A DNA stretch of 63,762 nt, counting the filler, from Intoshia linei (lineage: Eukaryota > Animalia > Orthonectida): assembly GCA_001642005.1 (NCBI GenBank). It is 8 parts of 8 records of this genome, joined end to end, with 100 filler letters (N's around TTAATTAATTAA, not from the genome) between each part and the next. Parts side by side here need not be neighbours in the genome. Positions count along the whole stretch, not along the records: positions 53,356 to 62,197 come from LWCA01001420.1; positions 62,298 to 63,762 come from LWCA01002603.1; 6 more parts are not named here. The stretch is one strand, 5' to 3'. The position numbers and the translations under genes were made by a program. This document shows positions 53,356-63,762 of this stretch, one piece after another (within the stretch, counting starts at the first letter, position 1; every line of letters begins with the position of its first letter). A model generated the notes under the pieces. That model made no database searches, was not told the origin of the DNA, and saw only the letters and a list, made by a program, of their open reading frames with translations.

Positions 53356-54329
53356 TCCACACACTTATAGCTAATTACACAGCTGCTTAGTATACGCATA
53401 CATTTACGTGGTAAAAAGTTTTGAATACTGATGGTGGATGATGTAAAATTTAAATCAACGGTTTCGGTTTAAAGTAAACCGAATTAACATTTTGTATTTA
53501 TCTTTTTCCATTGAAATTCTATTGAAATCCGAAATTATACATTTTAGTATAAATTTAATGATAATCTCCATTTACAACATGTTAATAAACTTTTCAATTA
53601 AAAAATTAGTTTGACACTTAATTAATTAAAACATTTTTCAAAATCTCTTTTGAATTCAATTTATAATGAAAAAAAATTTAAATCAATTCAAGATGGAAGT
53701 TGCCCCTACAAACCCAAGTTAAGAATGAAAATCTGCAGAACCAACAAATATTAAAAAAAACAAACAATTTATGGTGTTAACGCCAGAAAATGATTTCAGT
53801 CAGTTATAACCAATATGATATTGTAAATATTTAAATGGTTTAGAGTTTTGACTTATAATGACAATAGGTTGTTTATGTAAACTATGAAACATAATTTAGA
53901 AAAATATACAATAAAGTTCATGATTATCATATTTAATCAACTTTTCAATTAAAAAATTAGTTTAACACATAATTAATAAATATGTTGCTTTTAATCTATA
54001 TTGATTTAAATTTCAAAATATAATGAAAAAAAAATTAGTTTTGCAGCGACGATTTGGTACAGTGGCTACTACAATTGAGTACATAATTGCATACTCGAGA
54101 TGTACTCGGTTCGGATCCTTGTCAAATTTTTCAGAGAAATGAAAATACTGGATATTGAAGAACAAGATTAGATTAAGAGATTGCAACCGTAGACATGGGT
54201 TAGGTAAGATGTATATAGGGTAGTGGAAGAGGGAAGAATACATGAAAATGTAAACTAATTTTTACAAAAAAACGAAATGTTACTATCACGCGTCGTTATC
54301 TTCATCCGACACGACAATTATTAATAAAT

Positions 54330-56474
54330 ATTTTTGGTATTAACAACGTGTTTCTTAATTTCACTTATCTTCATTTGAACCTTTTATTGTATTTCATCCT
54401 CTTTTGAATATTATCCCAAATGGTTAACAGCCGAAACAGCTATTCTGAATCCTGTTTTAGGGGACTTGATAAATACAATTTTGGAACATGGGTTGAATTG
54501 TTTTATTCTGAAATGATTGAAAAAGATCTTTACTATTGCTTTTATTACAATGATAAAACAAATACACTCTCAGAGTCTAAACTAAATGAATTCTCAATGA
54601 CAATTGAATCGACAGCTAATCTTCAGAAGAAGGAAAAATTAAATAATGAATTTGAATTTACGAAACTTAAAGTATATTTGTATCTAATAAAATGTCAATC
54701 TAATGATGTTTGAGAAGCTTAAGACCTCTTAGTAATGATACTGTTGAAGAAACTTGGAAATTTTTGTTGCAATTAAGAAGATCTACTTCTCTTTTCGCAC
54801 AGAGAAACACTGCAAAATTTAAACAATTTAAAAATGGAAATTTCTGAATCATTGTTATGCTATTTAAGTAGAATGGAATCTGGATATAATCGTCTTAATG
54901 AAACAAAAAGTGCTATTCCTGATCCAATGAAATGGGTTCTTACCAAAAATGGATTACCAAATTCATATTTATTGATTAAATGAATTTTGGATATTACTTA
55001 TGAAAATAAAACTTATTTGGAAATACGCCAAAAATTAATAGCTATTTGGTCTAGTCTGACGAAAAAATTGGTGATCCAACTATTCCTTCTGACAAACATA
55101 TAAAAATAAATTCAGACAATTCAGTTTTGGTTAGTATACATTTTAAAAATAAATACGACATTACCTGCAATTACTGTAAAAAAAGGACATTACAAAACTG
55201 ATTGTTGGAAATTGAAAAATAAAAGTAAATTAAGCAATATGAATGAAAAAGCAAACCCTGTTGTTGAAGATTTTGCGTTTCAGTTAAAGTCAAATTCCGA
55301 CACAATCAAAGGTTGGATAATTTCGGTGCCTCATTCTATTAAAAAAAGGATCACGACAACCTCAATAAAATCAAACTAGTACAAAATTTCTCTGTTAGTA
55401 CAGCTGGAAATGAAAAGCTAAAAATTACAGTGAAAGGTAATCATCAAGTTTTTGTGACGTCAAAGTGGTTCCAAACATTTGGAACAATTTATCATCGATT
55501 GGACAGTCGACTAATGAAAATCCAACCATGAAAGTAATATTTTCAGGAGATGATTGCAAAATATAAAAAGAAGGTAAAATTCTCTGTAATGCAAAACGAA
55601 ATCCAAATAATTTGTATACAACATTAATAGCAGAGTCCGAAGAAACAGCCTCCGACACATCAATTGATAATGAACATAAATCTGATAAAATCAAAAAATG
55701 GCATAATAAACTTTGCCATCTTTCAATTAATGGTCTCAAACATTTATTCAAATTAGGAAAATTACAAAACCTATCTGAAAATGATATAAAATTAGATTTT
55801 GATTGTTTAATTTGTAGAAGATCCAAAGCCACAAAACAAAGTTTCAAACATAATCCAACAAGATTAAAACTTTAAGAATGGGTGAAATAGTTAGTAGTGA
55901 TACATGTGGTCCATTTTCTGTTCCTGATATTAATGGAAATATATATTTTCAAGTGTATGTTGACTATCACACTAGATTAACTGATCAAGGCACAGAGTAT
56001 TTAAATAATAATGTTAGTTAGTATTTGAAATTGAATGGAATTCAACATCAAATCACTAGTAGATCAGCTTCTGCACAAAATGGTGTTGCTGAACGTAATA
56101 TTCGTACTTTGACAGAAATGACACAAACATTGTTACTTGACTCATCTTTACCTAAATGTTGGTGGGGACATGCTATTATGTATTCAGCTTTAATTAGAAA
56201 CCGTTTAACTGCCTCAGCGTTTGACAATAAAGAAATTCCTTATGAAAAAGCCACAAATAGACAAATTGACCTAAAATGGTTTCAAGTTTTTGGATGTACA
56301 GCGTATACGTATATTCCGTTGCAAAATAGAACAAAACTTGACGTTACTGCGAAACGTGGAATTTTTGTGGGTTTATCTCCAGGAGAATTAGCTTACCTCA
56401 TTTATGATTTTGAAAAAAAAAGAATTATTATTTCAAGAGATGTAACATTCTTTGATGAATCTAGAAATCTTTAA
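54330..56474 (+). mobile_element. Ty1/Copia LTR retrotransposon remnant (gag-protease-integrase, no RT)
   Basis: PBS-like TGGTATTAAC at ~54335. Zinc knuckle CNYCKK/GHYKTDCW, protease WII.SGAS, pre-integrase WHNKLCH...CLIC, integrase SDTCGP...TDQGTEY...QNGVAERNIRTL, and FGCTAY...RTKLD...SRDVTF. Multiple stops and frameshifts. Confidence 0.92.
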
Positions 56475-57087
56475 GTTAAATAATTTTAACTATTTATTCT
56501 ATACAATTCAAATTAAACATAATATTTTATTTACATGTTGTTTCATTTTAAATTGTAATGTATTTGTAAAATGTAATGTAAAAAGTATTGAAATTTAATT
56601 TAATTATTTAAAATATTTTTCTTTTATTAAAAAATCTATTAAATTTATACATTTTTTTATTTCTTATATAATCTGAAAATTTTCAAACTGGCGCGTGCAC
56701 ATTTCATTTATAGCCAGTTTAATCTTTTATACTAATTTGTCGATGTTAATATGTGAATATTATTTTTCTAAAATCAATTTACTGATTATTTTGAAATTAA
56801 TTCAGAATTGAACGTTTTATAGCCAAAATACTAAAATTTCATTCTACATTTTGAACTCATATATGAACTGATGTTTAATGAATAATACATGACAAAGCGT
56901 AAATTTCCAACAACGAGATTTCCAGAAACGAAACATGACGAGAACGAGATATCACTGTATTCATTGCATAAATATGAAAAATGCTAAAAATGAAGTTTTT
57001 TTGAGTAAATAACGGAATCGTAGGTTTCTCTGTATATATGTATGTTAAGCATGATAGCTGACGCTTATATTACTAACATTAAATTAC

Positions 57088-60000
57088 CAATAGATTCTGT
57101 TTCACAACTGGGTCCAGTAAATCCATCAATACAACGTATATCAGAGGAAGATGGTCTCCTAATACTAACTCCTGTTTTATATGTATAATCACCCCAATAA
57201 ACAATAATGCTATTAGTATTAGTATTATGATTTGAGGTTGGATCTATAGATAAGTTTGTAACGTCAGAATGGGTTAGTTTAGTAGACCACAAATATACTT
57301 TTGATATCAATCCTTCCATTTTTTTTCCATCGACATAATACCAGTCCAAAGTGCTAAATTTTGAACCTAGTACTATAATTCCACTAAAAATACTATAATT
57401 AAACATAAATTGTTTACTATTCTGCGAGTTGTACATTCGTGGCGTAATTTTGCAAATCGAACAATTTGTTGGAATTTATGTAAATATTCAACTGACCCGC
57501 CGACGCTCCATCCCATGTTACGACCATATGAAACCATTGGTTAATCGTTAATGAATCCGATGCATAATGGTATATTTGAGATTGGTCCCCAATATTAAAT
57601 TGAACACTTGATGTAGAAATACTAATTATTGATTTTGTGTCTGATTTTGTTTTTAAAGATCTAAATTTATGATAAACATATCAACCCTTAGGTCTTTTGC
57701 GATTTCTAAAAATGAGCAATAAAACTATAAAATTTTAAGCCAAACATAATATATTATATTATATAGAATATTTAATTAAAGCTCAGATTATGAACAAGAT
57801 TAAATTTAGTACAAAATTTCAGTTTATTTTATTATTTAAAATGTAAAATACTAGCCTTAAATTAAATTTAAAAAAGTGCGAATTGCCTTATACATATTTG
57901 AAATACTCAAATAATGGTTAAAATCTCATAAATTAATTCCTTTTTTTATTATAATTGCTATGTAATTTATCATTTTCAAAAACTCTCAAAGTTTAAAATT
58001 ACCTTAGTATTACTTATTTAGTGTCATTTTGAGATGCTTTTCCCGAAATGTCTGGTAGAAGAAAAATTCTGTGCGATAGGTACTTAAAATTTTATTTTTA
58101 TCTGGAATTCATGCTATTTATAACGATTTTGTATGGCTGTTTTATTGTAAATATAATTTGGTTGTTTTTAAGATAATCAGTCAATTCTCGGCAGATTGAA
58201 TCGAGTTATCGAGCTTCTGTTAAACAGTAAATAACAGTTACGTCAGCTTTAAATAAACAATTTACAGATTGATTGAAATTATAATTGAAGTTACAAGAAA
58301 TAATCCTATAATTATCCAAGTCAGCAACATACATCAGAAAAATTATACAGCCGTAATTTCAATTTTAATTTGTACCTTTCTGCAAAATTTGCAAGCTTTA
58401 AAAAATAGTAACTAATCGCGTTATCATTGTCATTACTATTATATTTCTCAATTCACAAGATAGGTACAGTTAATAGTGAATACAATATATATAAATTTAG
58501 AATATACGGGGATTCGTATAACTCGAATATGTATCCTTCAACTTTCTGCAATTTAAACCAAAATGATATAGATATAGCTGTACTGCCAAGTAGAAACGGA
58601 GTGGTAATTTTAGCTCCTTCAAAACTTGCTGAAGGATAAAACTGAATATCAAAATCAGGGTCTATGGCTAAAAAAAAGTATAAAATAATAGTATTAGTAA
58701 CTAAACTCTGCTGGCAGTCTTTACCAAATAGTGATGCTTGACATATCATGTAGTATGTTTCTATTGCATCTACACATGTAGCACCAGTAGGAATTGTGAT
58801 ACCTTCACAATCATTTTGTGCTATTTCACATGTATTCCCTGTAAAATCTAAAAAATAATATAATCCTATCCTTTACTTATATAAATTTTCACAATTTCTT
58901 CAATGTCAAAAACCAAATTTTTCCTTTTGTATAAAAAATAAATCAGCCCTAAACTTTAATAAAACATAAATTCTGGGACAAGTTTTAAAATGGTTAACAT
59001 TTTCGTAACTTTCAGCTTCAGAAACGCATACCACAAATTACCCTTTGTTTTAAAAATGAAACATCCTAAAAGTTTTTTAAAAATAAATTCTGAGATAGTT
59101 TTTAAAATCATAAACATTATCATAAGTGGAAACCTCTAAAAAGATAATTTTCACAATCAAAACCACAGATTACCATTTTTTTTAAAATTAAAAGAGCCCT
59201 AGAATTTAAAAAAATTATAGATGGTACAGTTGTATCCAATGAACACACCCAAAAAATTTCAATCTGATAAAGTGACGCCTTTACCATCAAAAAAGCACTT
59301 TAATATTCATTTTTTTTTATTTCGTAAATATTTTATTAAAACAAAAAATTTTAAATAATTCATGGTCCCACAAAAAAACGGGTTATTCCAGTTAATATAA
59401 ATACAAAATTTTAAACCCAGAAATCTACGCATTCCTGGTGAAAAATTAATTTTAATATATTATTAACCGAAATTTTTAAAATTCTTGGATTAAAATTAAA
59501 AATTTAAATATTATTTCTAATATTTTCAAAAAAAATGTGCATTGAACGTCTAAACATTTCCAATAAAGGGATATAGGTGGAAATTGATTCCTTCGATTTT
59601 TTTTCATCCCTACGCAATTTTTCGCAATACAATTAAGTGGAAATAATTAATTTTAAATTAAAAAATGATGTGAAATTCAAGTTTAGGAAGCACCCCTTTA
59701 AAGGATTGATAATATTGGATTCATTTTATTACAAATTTATTTTTTTAGTTAGTCGAATTAAAACCCTTCATTTAAAAATATTATCCAATAATTAGACAAA
59801 ATTCATGAACTGTTTTCTATAGTATTAAAAGTATTAAAAATACCGAAAAAGTAAAAGACGCTATGGTTTTTTCCGAAAATCGAAAATCATGCAATAAATG
59901 AAATGGCGCTCATTACCTATATACTACATTATGCTATTTAAAAAAAGTGCAAATGGACTACACCTTTTTACATTGAATTCAGAAATAAAATTAATCTGCA

Positions 60001-60337
60001 TTTAATTCATAAAAATGATCCATCGAAATAAACATTTTAGTGTTAATAATTTACCTTTTTGACAATCACATCTAAAGGTATCTCCTAAATGAACTAGACT
60101 ACCATCGTTTGTACATGTCAAATTATCGCATAAATTGTTTGTTACTTCGCAAAAATTACCTTGCGTAGGCATTGTAGCTAAAATTACATTAATAAAGTAT
60201 TTTTACGAATCATACTTGCACCACATAAACATGTCGTACTAGAATTGGTTTCACACGTACCTCCATTAATACAAAATAAATTTTGACAAATCAGCGTTGA
60301 ATCGGTACAAGAATCACCAAAAAATCCGGTGTTGCAA
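57088..60337 (-). CDS. Internal fragment of an EGF-repeat + pentraxin/LamG protein (uninflatable/SVEP1-like)
   Basis: Spliced sequence CNTGFFGDSC...CINGGTC|...FRCDCQK|DFTGNTCE...LFGKDC|IDPDFDIQF...ISISFWFK|...WFHMVVTWDG...|GIIVLG...EGLISKVYLW...CIDGFTGPSCE. Both ends are open. Confidence 0.8.
58869..59770 (+). repeat. Helitron-like family copy (intronic)
   Basis: A|TCCTTTACTTATATAAA start, colinear with 6326-7150. Confidence 0.72.
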
Positions 60338-60908
60338 CTATAAAATAGTATAAAACATGTGAATTAATTTGTCTAAATAAAACTGATGGTACCGAAATGA
60401 TCCCCATAAATTGCAAGTACCAAGTACAGTAGGGTGTCAATGCTATATTAAATACAATGCCGCTCAGCAATAATTTGATGCTTATATTCATTTTAAGTGT
60501 TAATTCGTTGAAGAAAATTATTTTTATGCATTAATGAACTCGCAGACTCACATTAAAATTTCAAAATAGTTTTTAAAATTTCATCAAAATAAACATGTTT
60601 ACATTATTTTAAAAATTAATTTATTTGTTTTAGCCATTTAATTCTAATTTTCTTCATTTTTTAATAGTCTTGTAAAATTGTTAATCTAATCAAGGCGGAA
60701 ACTAATTAGTATAGTTTTGTTATAGAATATAAAAAACGGGTCACCCGTGCGAGGTGGTCACTTTTCGAACGTCTACTGTATAATGACATTACTAAATTGT
60801 AATGCATTGTAAAAATAATATGATAATTAAATTTGTTACTCATCTCTACTCTACATACAAAGCTCTCGTTATATATTTATCATTATTATTATAATTATGC
60901 ATATGCAG

Positions 60909-62197
60909 TAGGGTGTGCACTTTTCTAAAGATCAAAAAGTATATTTGCATATAGGTATATTTTTATATGCTGATCATGAATATGCAAAAAAAATTGATTT
61001 AATTAAAATTTTCTAAGGCAAAATTTTAAAATGCATTTTTTTTATTATTATTGAAACGTGAACATTAGTTTATTATTTAAATTATTAATTTCATTTTTTT
61101 AATATTTCATGTCACAACCATAAAATATATTATCTAGAAAAAAATTCAGATTGTCCATACGGAATACTTATTAGTGAACCTTTAGGCAGCTCATCAAGAT
61201 TACCTACAATAAAGAAAATCTTGGGAAAATATAATTTTTTACAATTGGAAAATCCAAGAAAATCAAAATCATACTCTTGTGATAAAACTGCAATAGAATT
61301 ATATGATATCTGGAATAAATTTACACTCGGTCCCACTTTATTAGGTTTAATAAAATTATAAATTAGAACTTTGATGAATAAATACATTTTATATGTTAAA
61401 ATACCTCGTTATCACCAGCAATTTAAAGAAACTTGGAACAGTATATTTATATTGAGATATAAAAAAGTGACGATACAAAAGGAAGATCAAAAGTTTCTAC
61501 AAATGCAGATAAATACCAACGGAGAATGTGGATCATGTTCTAGTAGTGTTTCTGAAACAAATTTGACATCGGAAAAATGCAAAAAAAATATAAATTTTTA
61601 TTTTAAGTCACTCTNCTTGGAACAGTATATTTATATTGAGATATAAAAAAATAACGATACAAGAGGAAGATGAAAAGTTTCTACAAATGCAGATAAATAC
61701 AAACGGAAAATGTGGATCATGTTCTAGTAGTGTTTCTGAAACAAATTTGACATCGGAAAAATGCAAAAAAATATAAATTTTGATTTCAATTATGATAGTA
61801 TAGAATATCTGATAAAGATTATCTTCTACCTAAAAAATCATCTAAAACAATGAACTTTAAATGTAGTAATTAAGCAGAAGCTTCATTATCCAATGTATCA
61901 GTTCGAAAAGTCAAAAAAATATTTGAGATCGGTGCTCAAATGAAAGTTCCGTCGGCTAGTGGTATTTTCAAGGCGCATGTAAAAAAATTGAATTTAATAA
62001 AGTCACAGATTAAACATATTCTAGATTCACATAATGGCGATATATGCCTTTATTTTGATAATAAAGAACAAAGGATTACAAAAATGCAAACAAATTTGTA
62101 GAACGTTTCGTTATTTGTTTATCAAGCAATATTAATGAAGGAGTATCGATCTGTATAGCGTTAAAAACGTTGCCCAATGGAAAGGGTATAACAATGC
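60909..62197 (+). mobile_element. hATm-like DNA transposon 5' part (third family)
   Basis: TAGGGTGTG terminus. Degraded transposase EDEKFLQMQ...VSVRKVKKIF...VPSASGIFKA...ICLYFD...ERFVICL...IALKTLPNGKG is colinear with the 33.8-34.2 kb protein. Confidence 0.75.
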
Positions 62198-62297
62198 NNN
62201 NNNNNNNNNNNNNNNNNNNNNNNNNNNNNNNNNNNNNNNNNTTAATTAATTAANNNNNNNNNNNNNNNNNNNNNNNNNNNNNNNNNNNNNNNNNNNN
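62198..62297. other. Artificial contig spacer
   Basis: 44 N + TTAATTAATTAA + 44 N. Confidence 0.97.
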
Positions 62298-63523
62298 AAC
62301 TTTGACTAGGTTCTATTATATTTTGCTCGACCATACTTTTAATCACTGATTTATGTTGATTTCGCTAATTAAATGGAACTAAATAATGAGGTGATCGAAC
62401 TACACTTCCTTCTTTAAGGTCAATGCTGTGTTCTCCAATAATCGTACGCCCCGGGTTATTTGAAAATACCACTTCAAATTTTTTTTACAATCTCTAAGAA
62501 TGCCGTAGAACAATATTTTAATTTTTCTAACACAATGGCATTACATTTATAAATTGGATTTGGTTTCATCTGCAGTAAGTATTTCATGAAAATTCTCGTC
62601 CTAAAATATTATCTGTATTAGTAACATAAAATTTTGTTATATTCTTATTAATTAGAATATTAATAACTCCATAAACATGGATAGTTGAATCTTGAGCCAA
62701 TTTTAAAATATCATTAACTGGTACTATCTTTGTAATAAGATTACAAAATTTTAATTTTTTGTAACTAATGCAATTTACATCTGAACAGTATCCAATATAA
62801 ATTTAAAATTAACCTGATTGTCTTCTTCACCTATATCTATATTTTGACATAATAATTCATTGGATTTATTCACTGATCTGACCGCCTTACCGAAATTATT
62901 CCTTTGAAATTGAGAATTATTTGATTGTGAGGTAGTAGAACATTTATTTGCCATATGGCCTGTCTGATGACATTTATAGCAGGTTACCGACCCGCGTCGT
63001 TCCTGATTCAAATTATTCCGTTCGACCTGAGAATCTTGCACAGAATCCCACTGAGAGCAAATACTGATACATTTATCCAGAGCTAAATGGTCATACATTT
63101 TAATTTCTTCAACTGCCCGACAATTTTTTATACCACGTACCAATTGATCACGTATTCTCTCTTTTCTATCAACGAATTCACAATAATTAGTCAAATTGTT
63201 TAGTCTATCGATATATACCTCTATTGTTTCATTGCTACCTTGAAATGTATTCGTAAATTTGTCTCTCTTATCGGAAACATTTAATTTATGCCACGACAAA
63301 ACTTCTTTCTTCATTAATACATACGATTCCGTGAAATTCGAATTTTCGAAACGTTTCTCAGCAATTTTAATAATGTCCATTTCTTTTTATCAGTAATTTT
63401 TTGATCATCTGGCATTGTTAATACTAAAATATTTTCAAATCGTTGAATCCATACATGCGGATCGCTAGTGTATTTTCCATCCTCCGATATTAAAGGTTTT
63501 AACTTTGGAATTAATTTTTCCAT
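62298..63523 (-). mobile_element. Ty3/Gypsy LTR retrotransposon remnant (gag, protease, start of RT region)
   Basis: Gag WIQRFEN...QGSNETIEVYIDRL...RIRDQLVRG, CCHC knuckle CYKCHQTGHMANKC, frameshifted protease FILDT, then FSNNPGRT...HSIDL. Confidence 0.88.
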
Positions 63524-63762
63524 TATTATTTATATTAAATTTGTAATGATTACTGAAATGTTTGTTGTAGGAGGATAATTTAAAGAGCCTTTACAATAAC
63601 AATAATTTAATATAAATTCTTTACACGTGAACTATCAATATAAACAAGTAAATCTTCATAGTAATCAATGTCATCACTACATAGTACTTATAAAATCTGG
63701 ACATTCTAGCTTAACTTAAGCCTTAGGTTAAGTTTTATTATTGTCAAGCAATTCTGTACATT

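Noticed and set aside
13785-60337. Idea that mega-TSP, the furin-like gene and the EGF/LamG gene form an ECM gene cluster
   Set aside because: They lie on different segments separated by artificial spacers, so linkage is not shown.
61430-61790. ~185-bp tandem duplication
   Set aside because: A single N sits at the junction (61615), so this is probably the same artefact.

Overview
AT-rich eukaryotic (animal) genomic DNA, not prokaryotic. Genes are split by many GT-AG introns, most only ~35-60 bp, plus a few long introns filled with transposons. The window is eight segments joined by identical 100-nt spacers (44 N + TTAATTAATTAA + 44 N), so neighbours across spacers may not be linked. Host genes were reconstructed by manual splicing: (1) a polyhomeotic (PRC1) homolog with HD1 and SAM but no visible FCS finger; (2) a tandem MATH/TRAF-like domain protein; (3) a ~17 kb, ~40-exon, 5'-truncated mega-thrombospondin-like ECM gene with the order LRR - FN3 - fibro-slime/PA14 - cadherin-like - FA58C - Cys-rich - EGF - TSP type 3 - TSP C-terminal - LamG; (4) a furin-like Cys-rich fragment; (5) the 5' part of an AP-1 mu subunit; (6) an internal EGF/LamG (uninflatable/SVEP1-like) fragment. 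The rest is decayed mobile DNA: hAT, Charlie/Buster, three hATm-like, mariner, Tc1-like, PIF/Harbinger-like, Sola-like, Copia, Gypsy, a multi-copy Helitron-like family and MITEs. The genome style suggests a compact invertebrate such as an orthonectid (inference only). The most interesting object is the giant thrombospondin carrying a Dictyostelium/bacterial-type fibro-slime PA14 domain and lacking canonical acidic motifs. I found no CRISPR array, tRNA or rRNA gene, and no clearly new multi-gene system. All domain calls are by-eye motif matches, not database searches.
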